Assembly (NCBI GenBank): GCA_046338525.1
Contig: JBKDWF010000052.1
Location: 1 to 62,349, forward strand
Reading direction: 5' to 3'
Origin: Holosporales bacterium
GTDB taxonomy: Bacteria; Pseudomonadota; Alphaproteobacteria; JAJTHO01
DNA: 62,349 bases
Both the position numbers and the translations under genes were made by a program. Positions 46,761 through 55,827 of this stretch are shown here, in pieces. How positions within the stretch are numbered: the stretch's first letter is position 1; each line of letters starts with the position of its first letter. The notes under the pieces were generated by a model. That model was given only the letters and a program-made list of their open reading frames with translations, did no database searches and was not told the DNA's origin.

Positions 46761-46787
46761 AGAGGAAGGGCTCTCCCCCCTTCCTCT
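46761..46787 (+). other. Intercistronic 10-bp-stem hairpin between virB2 paralogues 1 and 2
   Basis: agaggaaggg-ctctccc-cccttcctct. There is no U-tract, so it is more likely a processing, stability or partial-attenuation element than a full terminator. Confidence 0.5.
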
Positions 46788-46822
46788 TCCTTTCCGGAAC
46801 GAGACAAGAAAGGAGTGTCATC

Positions 46823-47137
46823 ATGAAAAAGAAAAATGTATTTTTATCGCTATTAGGAATAACAGTTTTTGTCGGTGCTATTCTGGTCGGCGCAGATACG
46901 GCCTTGGCGGCGAATCGCTCCCCCCTTGCCAAGCTAAGCCCTTTAGCTTTTGATAGTTATTTGAGTTTCAAAGGGCTATGTTACGGCGTGGCCGGAATTT
47001 CTACTCTTGGTGCCGGTGCTGTGGCCATGGGCAGTGGCCGCATGCCGACAAAATGGCTGGTGGCTTTGGTGTTATCATTAACAATGGCCTCGGGCAGTGG
47101 TGAGTTTGTTAATTATATAACGGGGGCGGATTTATGA
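46823..47137 (+). CDS. virB2: VirB2/TrbC-family pilin, paralogue 2
   Basis: ATG with an aaggag RBS. Signal peptide MKKKNVFLSLLGITVFVGAILVGADTALA. The C-terminus GVAGISTLGAGAVAMGSGRMPTKWLVALVLSLTMASGSGEFVNYITG has the same two-helix layout. Confidence 0.7.
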   Translation: MKKKNVFLSLLGITVFVGAILVGADTALAANRSPLAKLSPLAFDSYLSFKGLCYGVAGISTLGAGAVAMGSGRMPTKWLVALVLSLTMASGSGEFVNYITGADL

Positions 47138-47901
47138 AAAAGAACAATCATAGATATATACTGTTGTTTTTAATCTTGTTTTCCGGAGTTTGTTTTTCCG
47201 AGAAAGCCAGTGCCGATCTGTACGGTTCAACCACTGGCGGGGATATGTACGGAGGAGGAGGTGGCAGCGGCAAGGGTCTATACAAGAAAAACAGCGAAGA
47301 CAAAGAAGAAGATGGCAGAAGTGAGGGGCTATACAAGAAAAACAGCAGCGAAGACGAAGGCACCAGGACGATTACTCCTTCTTCAACCTCTCGCAACACC
47401 TCTACAGGCGAAACATCCGCTTTTTCTTCAGAAAACAGCGATGAAATCTTCAAAGAAGCCATTGATGTAGGCAAAGAACTGATTAAGCCAGGCCAAGATA
47501 TTCTCCAAGGCCTCAGCGTTCTCGCCATCATGGGCGTGGGCGGCATGGCCGCATTCGGGAGTTTTCCTAAAGGCTGGGCCATTGGGATTATCGGCGGGTT
47601 GTCGGTGATGCTGCTGTCCGAAGAGTTTGCCAATTGGATTGTGGATATTGCCAAAACTAACAAACCAGAAACTTTTGATGATATTAGTGAGACTGTTGTA
47701 ACAACCACAGAGATTCTTAGCGCCGATGTTAGTAATCTGATGTACATTACCTCCGGCATAGGTGTGATAGGTCTATCCACCATGGGCTTTTTCGGGGCAA
47801 TGCCATGGAAATGGGTGGGTTCCCTCATTGCGGGTCTGATGGTTATTGCTGGATCGTCGGATATTGTCGGCTATATTGTCAGCGGTCTAGCAAACGGGTA
47901 A
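47134..47901 (+). CDS. Secreted protein with a disordered Gly/acidic repeat region followed by two tandem VirB2-like pilin modules
   Basis: Signal peptide MKKNNHRYILLFLILFSGVCFSEKASA. Repeat GLYKKNSEDKEEDGRSE / GLYKKNSSEDEG. Module A is LSVLAIMGVGGMAAFGSFPKGWAIGIIGGLSVMLLSEEFANWIV. Module B is IGVIGLSTMGFFGAMPWKWVGSLIAGLMVIAGSSDIVGYIVSG. ATGA overlap with the previous gene. Confidence 0.7.
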   Translation: MKKNNHRYILLFLILFSGVCFSEKASADLYGSTTGGDMYGGGGGSGKGLYKKNSEDKEEDGRSEGLYKKNSSEDEGTRTITPSSTSRNTSTGETSAFSSENSDEIFKEAIDVGKELIKPGQDILQGLSVLAIMGVGGMAAFGSFPKGWAIGIIGGLSVMLLSEEFANWIVDIAKTNKPETFDDISETVVTTTEILSADVSNLMYITSGIGVIGLSTMGFFGAMPWKWVGSLIAGLMVIAGSSDIVGYIVSGLANG

Positions 47902-47907
47902 TGTGCC

Positions 47908-48198
47908 ATGCCAGAAAAAATCCTTCGCGCTGTTGCTAACCCGGCCACCCTGTTCTGGGCACCGCAATTGCCAGCGGGCATTAACATGGCCGTGCATGCT
48001 TTCTTTATTATCTACGGCTGGGGAATTTTCCGCATGTCCCCCCTTATCTTCATTGCCAGTTTTTTTATCTGCCACATGGTGATTGCCAGCCAAGGTGTGC
48101 GGGAACCGCACCTTAGCACCATGATCCGCGCCTGGCTTTTTGGTCGCCGCCGCACCCGCAACCTAAACCCCGGTAGAACAAAGAAATTTGTCAGTTAA
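47908..48198 (+). CDS. virB3: VirB3/TrbD-family type IV secretion protein
   Basis: 96 aa. [24 protein letters not shown]..(TM)..(TM)..[16 protein letters not shown] parallels Agrobacterium VirB3 LAATRPALFLGVPLTLAGLFMM...ERDYNAASVVLLFLRT. Confidence 0.7.
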   Translation: MPEKILRAVANPATLFWAPQLPAGINMAVHAFFIIYGWGIFRMSPLIFIASFFICHMVIASQGVREPHLSTMIRAWLFGRRRTRNLNPGRTKKFVS

Positions 48199-50963
48199 AC
48201 TGGGGCACCAGTGGATGATTCAAACGCCCGTTCTTGGGCTTGCAATTCAAAGCACTCAATCTGGTCGTTCTCACGAATATCTTGGTAGTTCTCAAAGGCC
48301 ATGCCGCATTCAAAGCCGGATTTGACTTCCCGGACTTCGTCTTTGAGGCGTTTGAGGGTTTTGAGGCTGCCTTCATGAATAACAATATTATCACGCAGCA
48401 AGCGCACCTTGCAGCCGCGCTTGATAATCCCTTCCGTGACCATACACCCGGCGATCTTGCCCACCTTAGTAATATCGAACACCCTGCGAATCTGGGCATA
48501 GCCAAGGAAAATTTCCCGCAACGTCGGTGCCAACATCCCGCCAAGGAGTTTCTTCACGTCATCCAGAACGTCATAAATAATCGAGTAATATCGAATTTCC
48601 ACCCCATCACGCTTGGCCGCATCCCGGGCTTGCGGGTTGGCACGGACATTAAAGCCGATAACCGCCGCACCGGAAGCTTTGGCCAAGGATATATCCGATT
48701 CAGTAATACTCCCCACCCCGGAGTGCAGCACCTGCACCGCGAGTTCATCATTACGAAGTTTTTGCAAGCTACTGCGAATGGCCTCGAGGGAGCCTTGCAC
48801 GTCGGTTTTGACAATAACGGGGAGTTCTTTGCGTTTGGAATCACGGATTTTAGCAAACAGGCTTTCCATCCCGCCACGCGCCGTGGCTAGGTTTTGCTTT
48901 TGACGACGCTCACTTTGACGGAATTCGCTGACTTCTCTTGCTTTTTCATCATTTTCCACCACAACAAAATCGTCCCCGGCATCAGGAACGCCGCCAAGAC
49001 CTAAAACCTCTACCGGGGTCGAAGGGCCCGCTTCTTTCACCCGTTTGCCATGCTCATCCACCAAAGCGCGCACCTTGCCCCATTCACCGCCACTGACAAA
49101 CATATCGCCAACACGCAACGTGCCACGCTGAACCAAGATTGTTGCCACCGGGCCACGGCCAATATCAAGTTTGGCTTCAATCACGCGGCCTTGGGCGCTG
49201 CGATCCGGGTTGGCGCGCAGGTCAAGAATTTCCGCTTGCAGCAAGATAGCCTCTTCAAGCTTTTCAAGGCCAAGTTTCTTTTTTGCTGAAACTTCAATAG
49301 ATTGTACATCACCGCCGAGCTGTTCCACTTGAACCTCATGGCTGAGCAGGTCGGTACGCACGCGGGTTACGTCCGCGCCCGGTTTGTCAACTTTATTAAT
49401 GGCGACAATGAGTGGCACTTTTGCCGCTTTCGCATGGCTAATCGCCTCAATGGTCTGGGGCATGATGCCGTCATCTGCTGCTACTACCAACACCACGATA
49501 TCCGTGACGTTAGCTCCACGGGCACGCATCTCCGTAAAGGCCTCATGACCGGGGGTATCGAGGAAGGTAATCGCCTTGCCGCTGGGCAGGGTGACTTTGT
49601 ACGCACCAATATGTTGAGTAATGCCGCCGGCCTCACCGCCTGCAACATCGGTGGAACGCAACGCATCCAGCAAGGACGTTTTACCGTGATCAACGTGGCC
49701 CATAATGGTGACCACCGGCGCACGGGGCAGACGAGCGATATCGGTGTCTTCTTCCCCGCCAAGGCCAATTTCAACATCCGCAGCAGAAACCCGGCGCGGT
49801 GTGTGGCCAAGCTCTGTTGTCACCAATTCAGCCGTATCGGCATCAATGGTTTGCGTGGCCATCGCCATAACACCCATACGCATGAGGCATTTCACCACAT
49901 CGGCGGTCCGTTCTGCCATCCGGTTGGCAAGCTCTTGCACAGTAATTACTTCAGGAATAACAACGTCACGAACAATTTTTTGGCGATCATCCAAATCATC
50001 CTTGCGGTGCATTTTCTCCCGTTGTCGGCGAACGGCGGCAAGACTACGGGTACGAAGGTCGTCCGCATCCTCTAAATCCAAGGTGAGAACTACTTTGCCG
50101 GAGCGTCTACGGATATCGGTTTTTTTGGTGGCTTCTGCTTTTTTAGTTTCAGTCTTTTTTGTGTCTGCAAGCTTTAATTTACCGCCTTTGCCACGTGCAG
50201 GAGTTGCAGCAGGAACGGGAAGAGAAGCCTCAACTCGGGCATTAGAACGAACTCCGGCTGGTTTTGCCACAAGGGGTGATTCATTGGGACGGCGGACAAC
50301 GCGCTTGAGCGGTTCATCCCCGCGTACCGGGGCACCGATAGAGGTTGTCGTGGTTGTCGTCCGCGCACCAGCCCGAGCCGGGGCAAGGCTCGTCATTCCA
50401 GGGCGAATAGGCGTTGAAAGAACAGGCTTTTGCCGCTGCTGGTTGTTGCTGGCATTAGAACGATTGCCGGCACCAGAACCGGAACCACCCGTCCCAGAAC
50501 GGCGCAGGCCTTCTACCGGGCGCAACTGGTTCAAGGGTTTTGCCCCCGCAATAGGAGGTTTGGAAACACTTGTTGTAGGAGCCACAGGTGCCGGGGCAGG
50601 AGGCGGCGCAACGGGTTTTTTAACAGGCTCAACAAAGGCAGGAGCCTTGGTGATTTTGCGCAAGCCATCGGAAACTGCTGTCGTTGCGGGGGCTTGAGCC
50701 GCCTGCTGTTGCGCCCGCAAAAGAGACAAGCGATGATCCACACCACCAACAGCGAGAGACGACCCGCCAGGGCGACCATCCCCGGTGCTAGGCGTACTCG
50801 GCACAGGCGCACCAATACGCTTACGCTTAACCTCCACGGTCACCGTTCGGCCACTAGGGACTCCGGGGCGCTTGCCCCCAGAGAGATCAATCTTTTTTTT
50901 CAGTTCCAATCGGCCGCCACCTTGGGGCTGATTGGAACCGGGGGTATCGGTGGTATCGTTCAT
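48195..50963 (-). CDS. infB: Translation initiation factor IF-2
   Basis: 922 aa. GTPase motifs [20 protein letters not shown] and NKVDK. Long Pro/Ala/basic N-terminal region. Downstream of nusA. Confidence 0.95.
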   Translation of the reverse strand: MNDTTDTPGSNQPQGGGRLELKKKIDLSGGKRPGVPSGRTVTVEVKRKRIGAPVPSTPSTGDGRPGGSSLAVGGVDHRLSLLRAQQQAAQAPATTAVSDGLRKITKAPAFVEPVKKPVAPPPAPAPVAPTTSVSKPPIAGAKPLNQLRPVEGLRRSGTGGSGSGAGNRSNASNNQQRQKPVLSTPIRPGMTSLAPARAGARTTTTTTSIGAPVRGDEPLKRVVRRPNESPLVAKPAGVRSNARVEASLPVPAATPARGKGGKLKLADTKKTETKKAEATKKTDIRRRSGKVVLTLDLEDADDLRTRSLAAVRRQREKMHRKDDLDDRQKIVRDVVIPEVITVQELANRMAERTADVVKCLMRMGVMAMATQTIDADTAELVTTELGHTPRRVSAADVEIGLGGEEDTDIARLPRAPVVTIMGHVDHGKTSLLDALRSTDVAGGEAGGITQHIGAYKVTLPSGKAITFLDTPGHEAFTEMRARGANVTDIVVLVVAADDGIMPQTIEAISHAKAAKVPLIVAINKVDKPGADVTRVRTDLLSHEVQVEQLGGDVQSIEVSAKKKLGLEKLEEAILLQAEILDLRANPDRSAQGRVIEAKLDIGRGPVATILVQRGTLRVGDMFVSGGEWGKVRALVDEHGKRVKEAGPSTPVEVLGLGGVPDAGDDFVVVENDEKAREVSEFRQSERRQKQNLATARGGMESLFAKIRDSKRKELPVIVKTDVQGSLEAIRSSLQKLRNDELAVQVLHSGVGSITESDISLAKASGAAVIGFNVRANPQARDAAKRDGVEIRYYSIIYDVLDDVKKLLGGMLAPTLREIFLGYAQIRRVFDITKVGKIAGCMVTEGIIKRGCKVRLLRDNIVIHEGSLKTLKRLKDEVREVKSGFECGMAFENYQDIRENDQIECFELQAQERAFESSTGAPV

Positions 50964-51001
50964 CGCGGCTTCCTAGCACAGTTTTTCTGGAAACAGCAAG
51001 G

Positions 51002-52516
51002 CTATCCAGCATTTTTGCCGCCGGCATCATCGGAAAACCAATGCGCCCGCGCCGCCATGATAACATCTTGCGCTTCTTCAGCGGTTAATTTTTCTGGAAC
51101 AATCATCTCTTGCAACTCATCCGCCGCAAGATCAGCAAGATCATCCAGCGTCCGAATACCCTTGTCCGCAAGGATCGAGACAATCCGAAGCGGCAGGCCC
51201 GTCGCGGTCACAAGCTGTTCATCAAGACCAAGGCGGTCACTTTTTTCCTGAAAGTCGCTGGCCTCTTTATCTCGGAACATGCCTGCACGTTGGATAAGTT
51301 CTGAGGCAACCCCTTCGTCAAAGCCTTCAATAGAGGCCAGCTCTGCGGGATCGGCCTCGGCAATGTCCTCAATAGCACCATAGCCTTCACCCACCAACAA
51401 GTGAGCAATAACATCATCAACATCAAGAGCGCGAACAAACAGATCGGTGCGCGCTTTCATTTCCTCAGCCCGACGTGCGGATTCCGTTGATTCTGTTATA
51501 ATATCAATATCCATACCCAGAAGCATCGCCGCAAGACGAACATTCTGACCACGGCGGCCAATGGCAAAGCTCAATTGCTCATCGGGAACCACGGCAGTGA
51601 CGTGGTTACGCTCTTCGTCGAGGACAACCTTGCTCACTTCTGCTGGTGCAAGAGCACGCACAACCAAAGTCGCCATATCATCAGACCAAGGAATAATATC
51701 TATTTTTTCACCTTGAAGCTCACCAACCACTGCTTGCACCCGACTGCCGCGCATTCCAACACAGGCTCCAACGGGGTCAATACTGGCATCAGAAGTATAG
51801 ACAACAATCTTCGCCCGGCTGCCGGGATCACGGGCGACGGCTCGAATCTCAATGATACCGTCGAAAATTTCTGGAACCTCTTGGGCGAAGAGCCGCGCCA
51901 AAAATTGCGGGTGCGTGCGCGAACACAAAATCATCGGACCACGAGCATCCTTGCGAACATCATAAATGTAAGCCCGGATACGATCGCCTTGGCGAAAATT
52001 TTCCCGCGGGATTAATTCATCTCGACGAACGTAGGCTTCAGCACGACCCAAATCAATGGTTAGATTGCCGAATTCCACACGCTTGACACTGGCACTGACA
52101 ATATCGCCCACACGATCTTTGAACTCTTCAAACTGTCCGTGGCGTTCGGCTTCACGGACTTTTTGCACAATAACCTGTTTAGCCGCCAAGGCAGCAACAC
52201 GGCCAAAATCAATCGGCGGCAGAACATCCACCAATATATCGCCAATTTTTGCATCCTTTTTAAGGCGCAAGGCATCTTCTACGGTTAGCTGGGTTACTTG
52301 ATTTTCAACTTCTTCCACCACGGTGCGAACCCGCTCTAGCCGGGCAATCCCAGTACGGCGATCAATGACGGCACGGATGTCGTGCTCCCCGCCGTATTTG
52401 GTGCGCCCGGCGCGGCTCATGGCCGCCTCCATCGCTTCGAGCACCTGCTCCCGTTCGATAGCTTTTTCCCGCGCCACTACATCGGCAATATAAAGAAATT
52501 CTGCCGCAGCTGTCAT
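51002..52516 (-). CDS. nusA: Transcription termination/antitermination factor NusA
   Basis: 504 aa. S1 and KH domains (ACVGMRGSRVQAV) and C-terminal acidic repeats. Confidence 0.95.
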   Translation of the reverse strand: MTAAAEFLYIADVVAREKAIEREQVLEAMEAAMSRAGRTKYGGEHDIRAVIDRRTGIARLERVRTVVEEVENQVTQLTVEDALRLKKDAKIGDILVDVLPPIDFGRVAALAAKQVIVQKVREAERHGQFEEFKDRVGDIVSASVKRVEFGNLTIDLGRAEAYVRRDELIPRENFRQGDRIRAYIYDVRKDARGPMILCSRTHPQFLARLFAQEVPEIFDGIIEIRAVARDPGSRAKIVVYTSDASIDPVGACVGMRGSRVQAVVGELQGEKIDIIPWSDDMATLVVRALAPAEVSKVVLDEERNHVTAVVPDEQLSFAIGRRGQNVRLAAMLLGMDIDIITESTESARRAEEMKARTDLFVRALDVDDVIAHLLVGEGYGAIEDIAEADPAELASIEGFDEGVASELIQRAGMFRDKEASDFQEKSDRLGLDEQLVTATGLPLRIVSILADKGIRTLDDLADLAADELQEMIVPEKLTAEEAQDVIMAARAHWFSDDAGGKNAG

Positions 52517-53031
52517 AAAACATCCTCTTGTTGTTGAAAAGGTTTAAGGCGTTCCTGTTCAAAAGCCAGCAACGCATCGGTTAACACTAGTTTTGCCGTT
52601 CGAATTTTTTCAAGTGGCAGCACCCGCAACGATCCGGAAACCGTTAAAAGAACGGCATTATTTTCAATACCTTCAATATTACCCCGAAAGCGTTTTTGCC
52701 CTTCCAACGGTTCCCGCAATTCCACAGAAGCCACATGACCTTGGTAACGCAGATAATCCTCAACGGAAATTAACGGTCGGTCAATACCAGGAGAACTGAC
52801 TTCCAAGGTGTACGCACCAGCCACCGGTTCATGGGCATCAAGCCAAGGGCTGACCATTCGGCTTAAGCTTTCGCAATCTTCAATGCGCATGGAAGCTCCC
52901 GATAAAGGCTCGGCCATTATCTGTAGTGTACCGCCACGCCGTCCCTGAAGCATCTGCAAGCGGACAAGACGATAGCCAAGACTTTCAACAAAGCCTTGAA
53001 TTTCATCATTAAATTTTGCCGCATCGGCCAT
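52513..53031 (-). CDS. rimP: Ribosome maturation factor RimP
   Basis: The ATG at 53031 (MADAAKFNDEIQGFVESLGYRLV...) is preferred over the TTG at 43. 4-nt overlap with nusA. LEVSSPGIDRPL motif. Confidence 0.85.
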   Translation of the reverse strand: MADAAKFNDEIQGFVESLGYRLVRLQMLQGRRGGTLQIMAEPLSGASMRIEDCESLSRMVSPWLDAHEPVAGAYTLEVSSPGIDRPLISVEDYLRYQGHVASVELREPLEGQKRFRGNIEGIENNAVLLTVSGSLRVLPLEKIRTAKLVLTDALLAFEQERLKPFQQQEDVL

Positions 53032-53044
53032 GCGTTTTCCCAAT

Positions 53045-53067
53045 AAAAAAGTGGGCTACTTGCCCAC
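53045..53067 (-). terminator. Terminator-like hairpin plus U-tract in the rimP leader (candidate attenuator)
   Basis: The minus strand reads gtgggc-aagta-gcccac followed by tttttt, ending 13 nt before the rimP ATG. Confidence 0.35.
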
Positions 53068-53193
53068 CTACGAGGCACTGTAGAAGCACACTGCTAAAAA
53101 AGCAAGAAAATTGACCGTTAAAAAAGGAAAGATTTTTTTGTGAAACATCTATAGAATATACCCTCAACCCCTGTATGATTTTTGTATCCTGTC

Positions 53194-54984
53194 ATGACCG
53201 CCAATTCACCACTGCCTTTTTCCCATAAAAACCAGATGTCTGGTGCAGAGATTGTATTAACAGCCCTTGTTGAGCATGGGGTTGAGACAATTTTTGGCTA
53301 TCCCGGCGGGGCTGTATTACCGATTTATGATGCGCTGTTTCAGCAGGACATCCTCCGCCACGTGCTGGTTCGTCACGAACAAGGTGCCGCCCATGCCGCT
53401 GAAGGGTATGCCCGTTCCACGGGAAAACTTGGGGTTGTCTTGGTTACGTCGGGACCAGGGGCAACCAACGCGGTGACAGGGCTGACCGATGCCTTGATGG
53501 ATTCTATCCCGGTATTGTGCCTTACCGGGCAAGTTCCCACACATCTTATTGGTAACGATGCCTTTCAAGAAGCGGATACCACGGGCATTACCCGTCCCTG
53601 TACAAAGCACAATTATTTGGTGAAAAACGTCGATGATCTCGCCCAAGTAGTGCATGAGGCCATTTATGTTGCCACACAGGGGCGTCCGGGGCCGGTAGTC
53701 ATTGATTTACCCAAAGACGTTCTTTTTGCGCCGGGCCGCTATATCAGCAAAGCAGAATGGACCCCTCGCCGTTATCACCCCCAAACAAAACCCCAAAACG
53801 GGGCTGTTGCTCAAATGGCTCAGATGATCGCTGGTGCTAAACGTCCTATCCTCTACGGGGGCGGCGGCCTTATCAATGCAGGGGAGAAAGCATCCCGTCT
53901 GATAACCGAATTTACGACATTGACGGGTATTCCGGTCACACTCACCCTCATGGGGCTTGGGGCTGTGCCTGCATCACACCCGAATTTCCTTGGTATGCTT
54001 GGCATGCATGGCACATATGAGGCAAATTTGGCAATGCACGGTTGCGATGTGATGATTAACATCGGTGCTCGATTTGACGATCGGGTTACAGGCCGGGTCA
54101 CTGCATTCTCGCCAAATTCAAAAAAAATTCATGTAGATATCGATCCAAGCTCTATCAACAAGATTATCCATGTTGATCTCCCCGTTGTGGGGGATGCCGC
54201 TACAGTGTTGGAAGAATTACTGCACTATTGGAAAGACTACAAACTCCATACCGATAAGGAAGCTTTAGAAACGTGGTGGGCACAGATTGGGCAATGGCGT
54301 GGACGCAACTGCCTAGCCTTTCGCCAAGATAACAAGGCCGCCATCAAACCTCAGTACGCCATTCGGCGACTGTTCGAGCTGACCCGGGATCAAGATGCTA
54401 TTATCACCACCGAGGTTGGCCAACATCAAATGTGGGCCGCTCAATATTACGGCTTTGATAAACCCAACCGCTGGCTAACTTCCGGTGGGTTGGGCACGAT
54501 GGGGTATGGCTTGCCCGCTGCTATTGGTGCCCAAGTTGCACACCCTGATAAATTGGTAGTGGACATCGCCGGTGAAGCCTCTATCTTGATGAATATTCAA
54601 GAAATGGCAACGGCAGTGCAATACCGGTTGCCAGTAAAAATATTTGTTATCAACAATCGTTGGATGGGCATGGTGCGCCAGTGGCAGGAATTACTGCACG
54701 GTGGCCGCTATTCCGAAAGCTATTCTGAGGCCTTGCCTGATTTTGTTAAACTTGCGGAAGCTTTTGGTGCCGTCGGTCTGCGCGCCAGCGCCGTGTCCGA
54801 GGTGGACGATACCATCCGGGAAATGATGAGCATTAAACGCCCCGTTATTGTAGATATGTGCGTGGATGAAAAAGAGAATTGCTTTCCGATGATTCCTTCC
54901 GGAGCCGCGCATAATGAGATGCTTCTCAGCCCTGAGGATGAGGCCGAAAAACCCATCAGTGAAGAAGGCAAGATGCTTGTATAG
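53194..54984 (+). CDS. ilvB: Acetolactate synthase (acetohydroxyacid synthase) large subunit
   Basis: TPP-enzyme motifs: GAEIVLTALVEHGVETIFGYPGGAVLPIYDAL, GLGTMGYGLPAAIGA. The start is ambiguous (TTG 53182, ATG 53194 or ATG 53236). Confidence 0.9.
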   Translation: MTANSPLPFSHKNQMSGAEIVLTALVEHGVETIFGYPGGAVLPIYDALFQQDILRHVLVRHEQGAAHAAEGYARSTGKLGVVLVTSGPGATNAVTGLTDALMDSIPVLCLTGQVPTHLIGNDAFQEADTTGITRPCTKHNYLVKNVDDLAQVVHEAIYVATQGRPGPVVIDLPKDVLFAPGRYISKAEWTPRRYHPQTKPQNGAVAQMAQMIAGAKRPILYGGGGLINAGEKASRLITEFTTLTGIPVTLTLMGLGAVPASHPNFLGMLGMHGTYEANLAMHGCDVMINIGARFDDRVTGRVTAFSPNSKKIHVDIDPSSINKIIHVDLPVVGDAATVLEELLHYWKDYKLHTDKEALETWWAQIGQWRGRNCLAFRQDNKAAIKPQYAIRRLFELTRDQDAIITTEVGQHQMWAAQYYGFDKPNRWLTSGGLGTMGYGLPAAIGAQVAHPDKLVVDIAGEASILMNIQEMATAVQYRLPVKIFVINNRWMGMVRQWQELLHGGRYSESYSEALPDFVKLAEAFGAVGLRASAVSEVDDTIREMMSIKRPVIVDMCVDEKENCFPMIPSGAAHNEMLLSPEDEAEKPISEEGKMLV

Positions 54985-54990
54985 GCTCTC

Positions 54991-55827
54991 TTGATACGCT
55001 CTTATACGCTTGCTGTATTAGGCTGGCCCGTTGGGCATTCGCGCTCTCCGCGACTGCATCGTTATTGGCTAGAAAAAACAGGGCTTTCTGGTAGTTACGA
55101 TGCCATACCTGTTAAGCCCCAAAGCTTAGGGATAGCGTTGCGGGAGATTGCCTTTGGTTTTGACGGCTTCAATGTCACCATTCCTCACAAGGAAACGATA
55201 CTCCCTTTTTTGGATGATATGACCGCAGAAGTTGCGCAAGTTGGTGCTTGCAATACTGTTATTATTAAAGAAAGAAAGCTATTTGGCCATAACACCGATG
55301 TTTTAGGGTACTGGCGTGGGCTAAGCGAGCAATTCCCTGAAATCGGCGACCGAAAAGGGCGCCTTGTGGCGATTATTGGGGCAGGTGGTGCCGCTAAGGC
55401 CGTAGTGACAGCGCTGAAAAAGCATAGTTTTGAAAACTTCTGTTTTTTTGTTCGCAATGTTGACGCCGCCCGAGAAATGACAGAAAATCTTGGCCTTGTT
55501 GGTGCTCGTATCTTAAACTTGACTGGTGGGGTTACATCCGTAAGCGACGAGGTTGGCCTAGTGATCAACACAACGCCACTAGGTATGACGGGTATGCCCC
55601 GGCTGGATTTTCCCTTGGAACGCCTACACGGCAGCCCTATTGTTAGCGATTGTGTCTATACGCCTGTAAAAACAGAACTTTTAAGCCATGCTAGAAACCT
55701 TGGCCTTGGTGTAGTGGACGGAGTAGGCATGTTTTTGCACCAAGCGGCGGCGGCATTTACCTTATGGACAGGGATTGCCCCGCCGCTGGATGCACAGGCG
55801 CGCCAGTTGGCACTGGGAGAAGCGTAG
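54991..55827 (+). CDS. aroE: Shikimate dehydrogenase
   Basis: 278 aa, TTG start. VLGWPVGHSRSPRLH, NVTIPHK, NTD and GAGGAAKAV motifs. Confidence 0.85.
   Translation: MIRSYTLAVLGWPVGHSRSPRLHRYWLEKTGLSGSYDAIPVKPQSLGIALREIAFGFDGFNVTIPHKETILPFLDDMTAEVAQVGACNTVIIKERKLFGHNTDVLGYWRGLSEQFPEIGDRKGRLVAIIGAGGAAKAVVTALKKHSFENFCFFVRNVDAAREMTENLGLVGARILNLTGGVTSVSDEVGLVINTTPLGMTGMPRLDFPLERLHGSPIVSDCVYTPVKTELLSHARNLGLGVVDGVGMFLHQAAAAFTLWTGIAPPLDAQARQLALGEA

Noticed and set aside
48234-51251. Several long ORFs on the plus strand opposite infB (48234..48890, 49302..50075, 49705..50697, 50430..51251)
   Set aside because: They lie entirely antisense to a full-length IF-2 gene with all GTPase motifs. Their translations are Arg/Ala/Gly-rich low-complexity sequence, typical of antisense frames in GC-biased genes. 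None has a recognisable motif or RBS.
53194-54984. Acetolactate synthase large subunit without an adjacent small-subunit (ilvH/ilvN) or ilvC gene, and clpP without clpX
   Set aside because: The loss of linkage is visible, but scattered operons are common in rearranged, repeat-rich genomes. The partner genes may simply lie elsewhere, which cannot be judged from one window.
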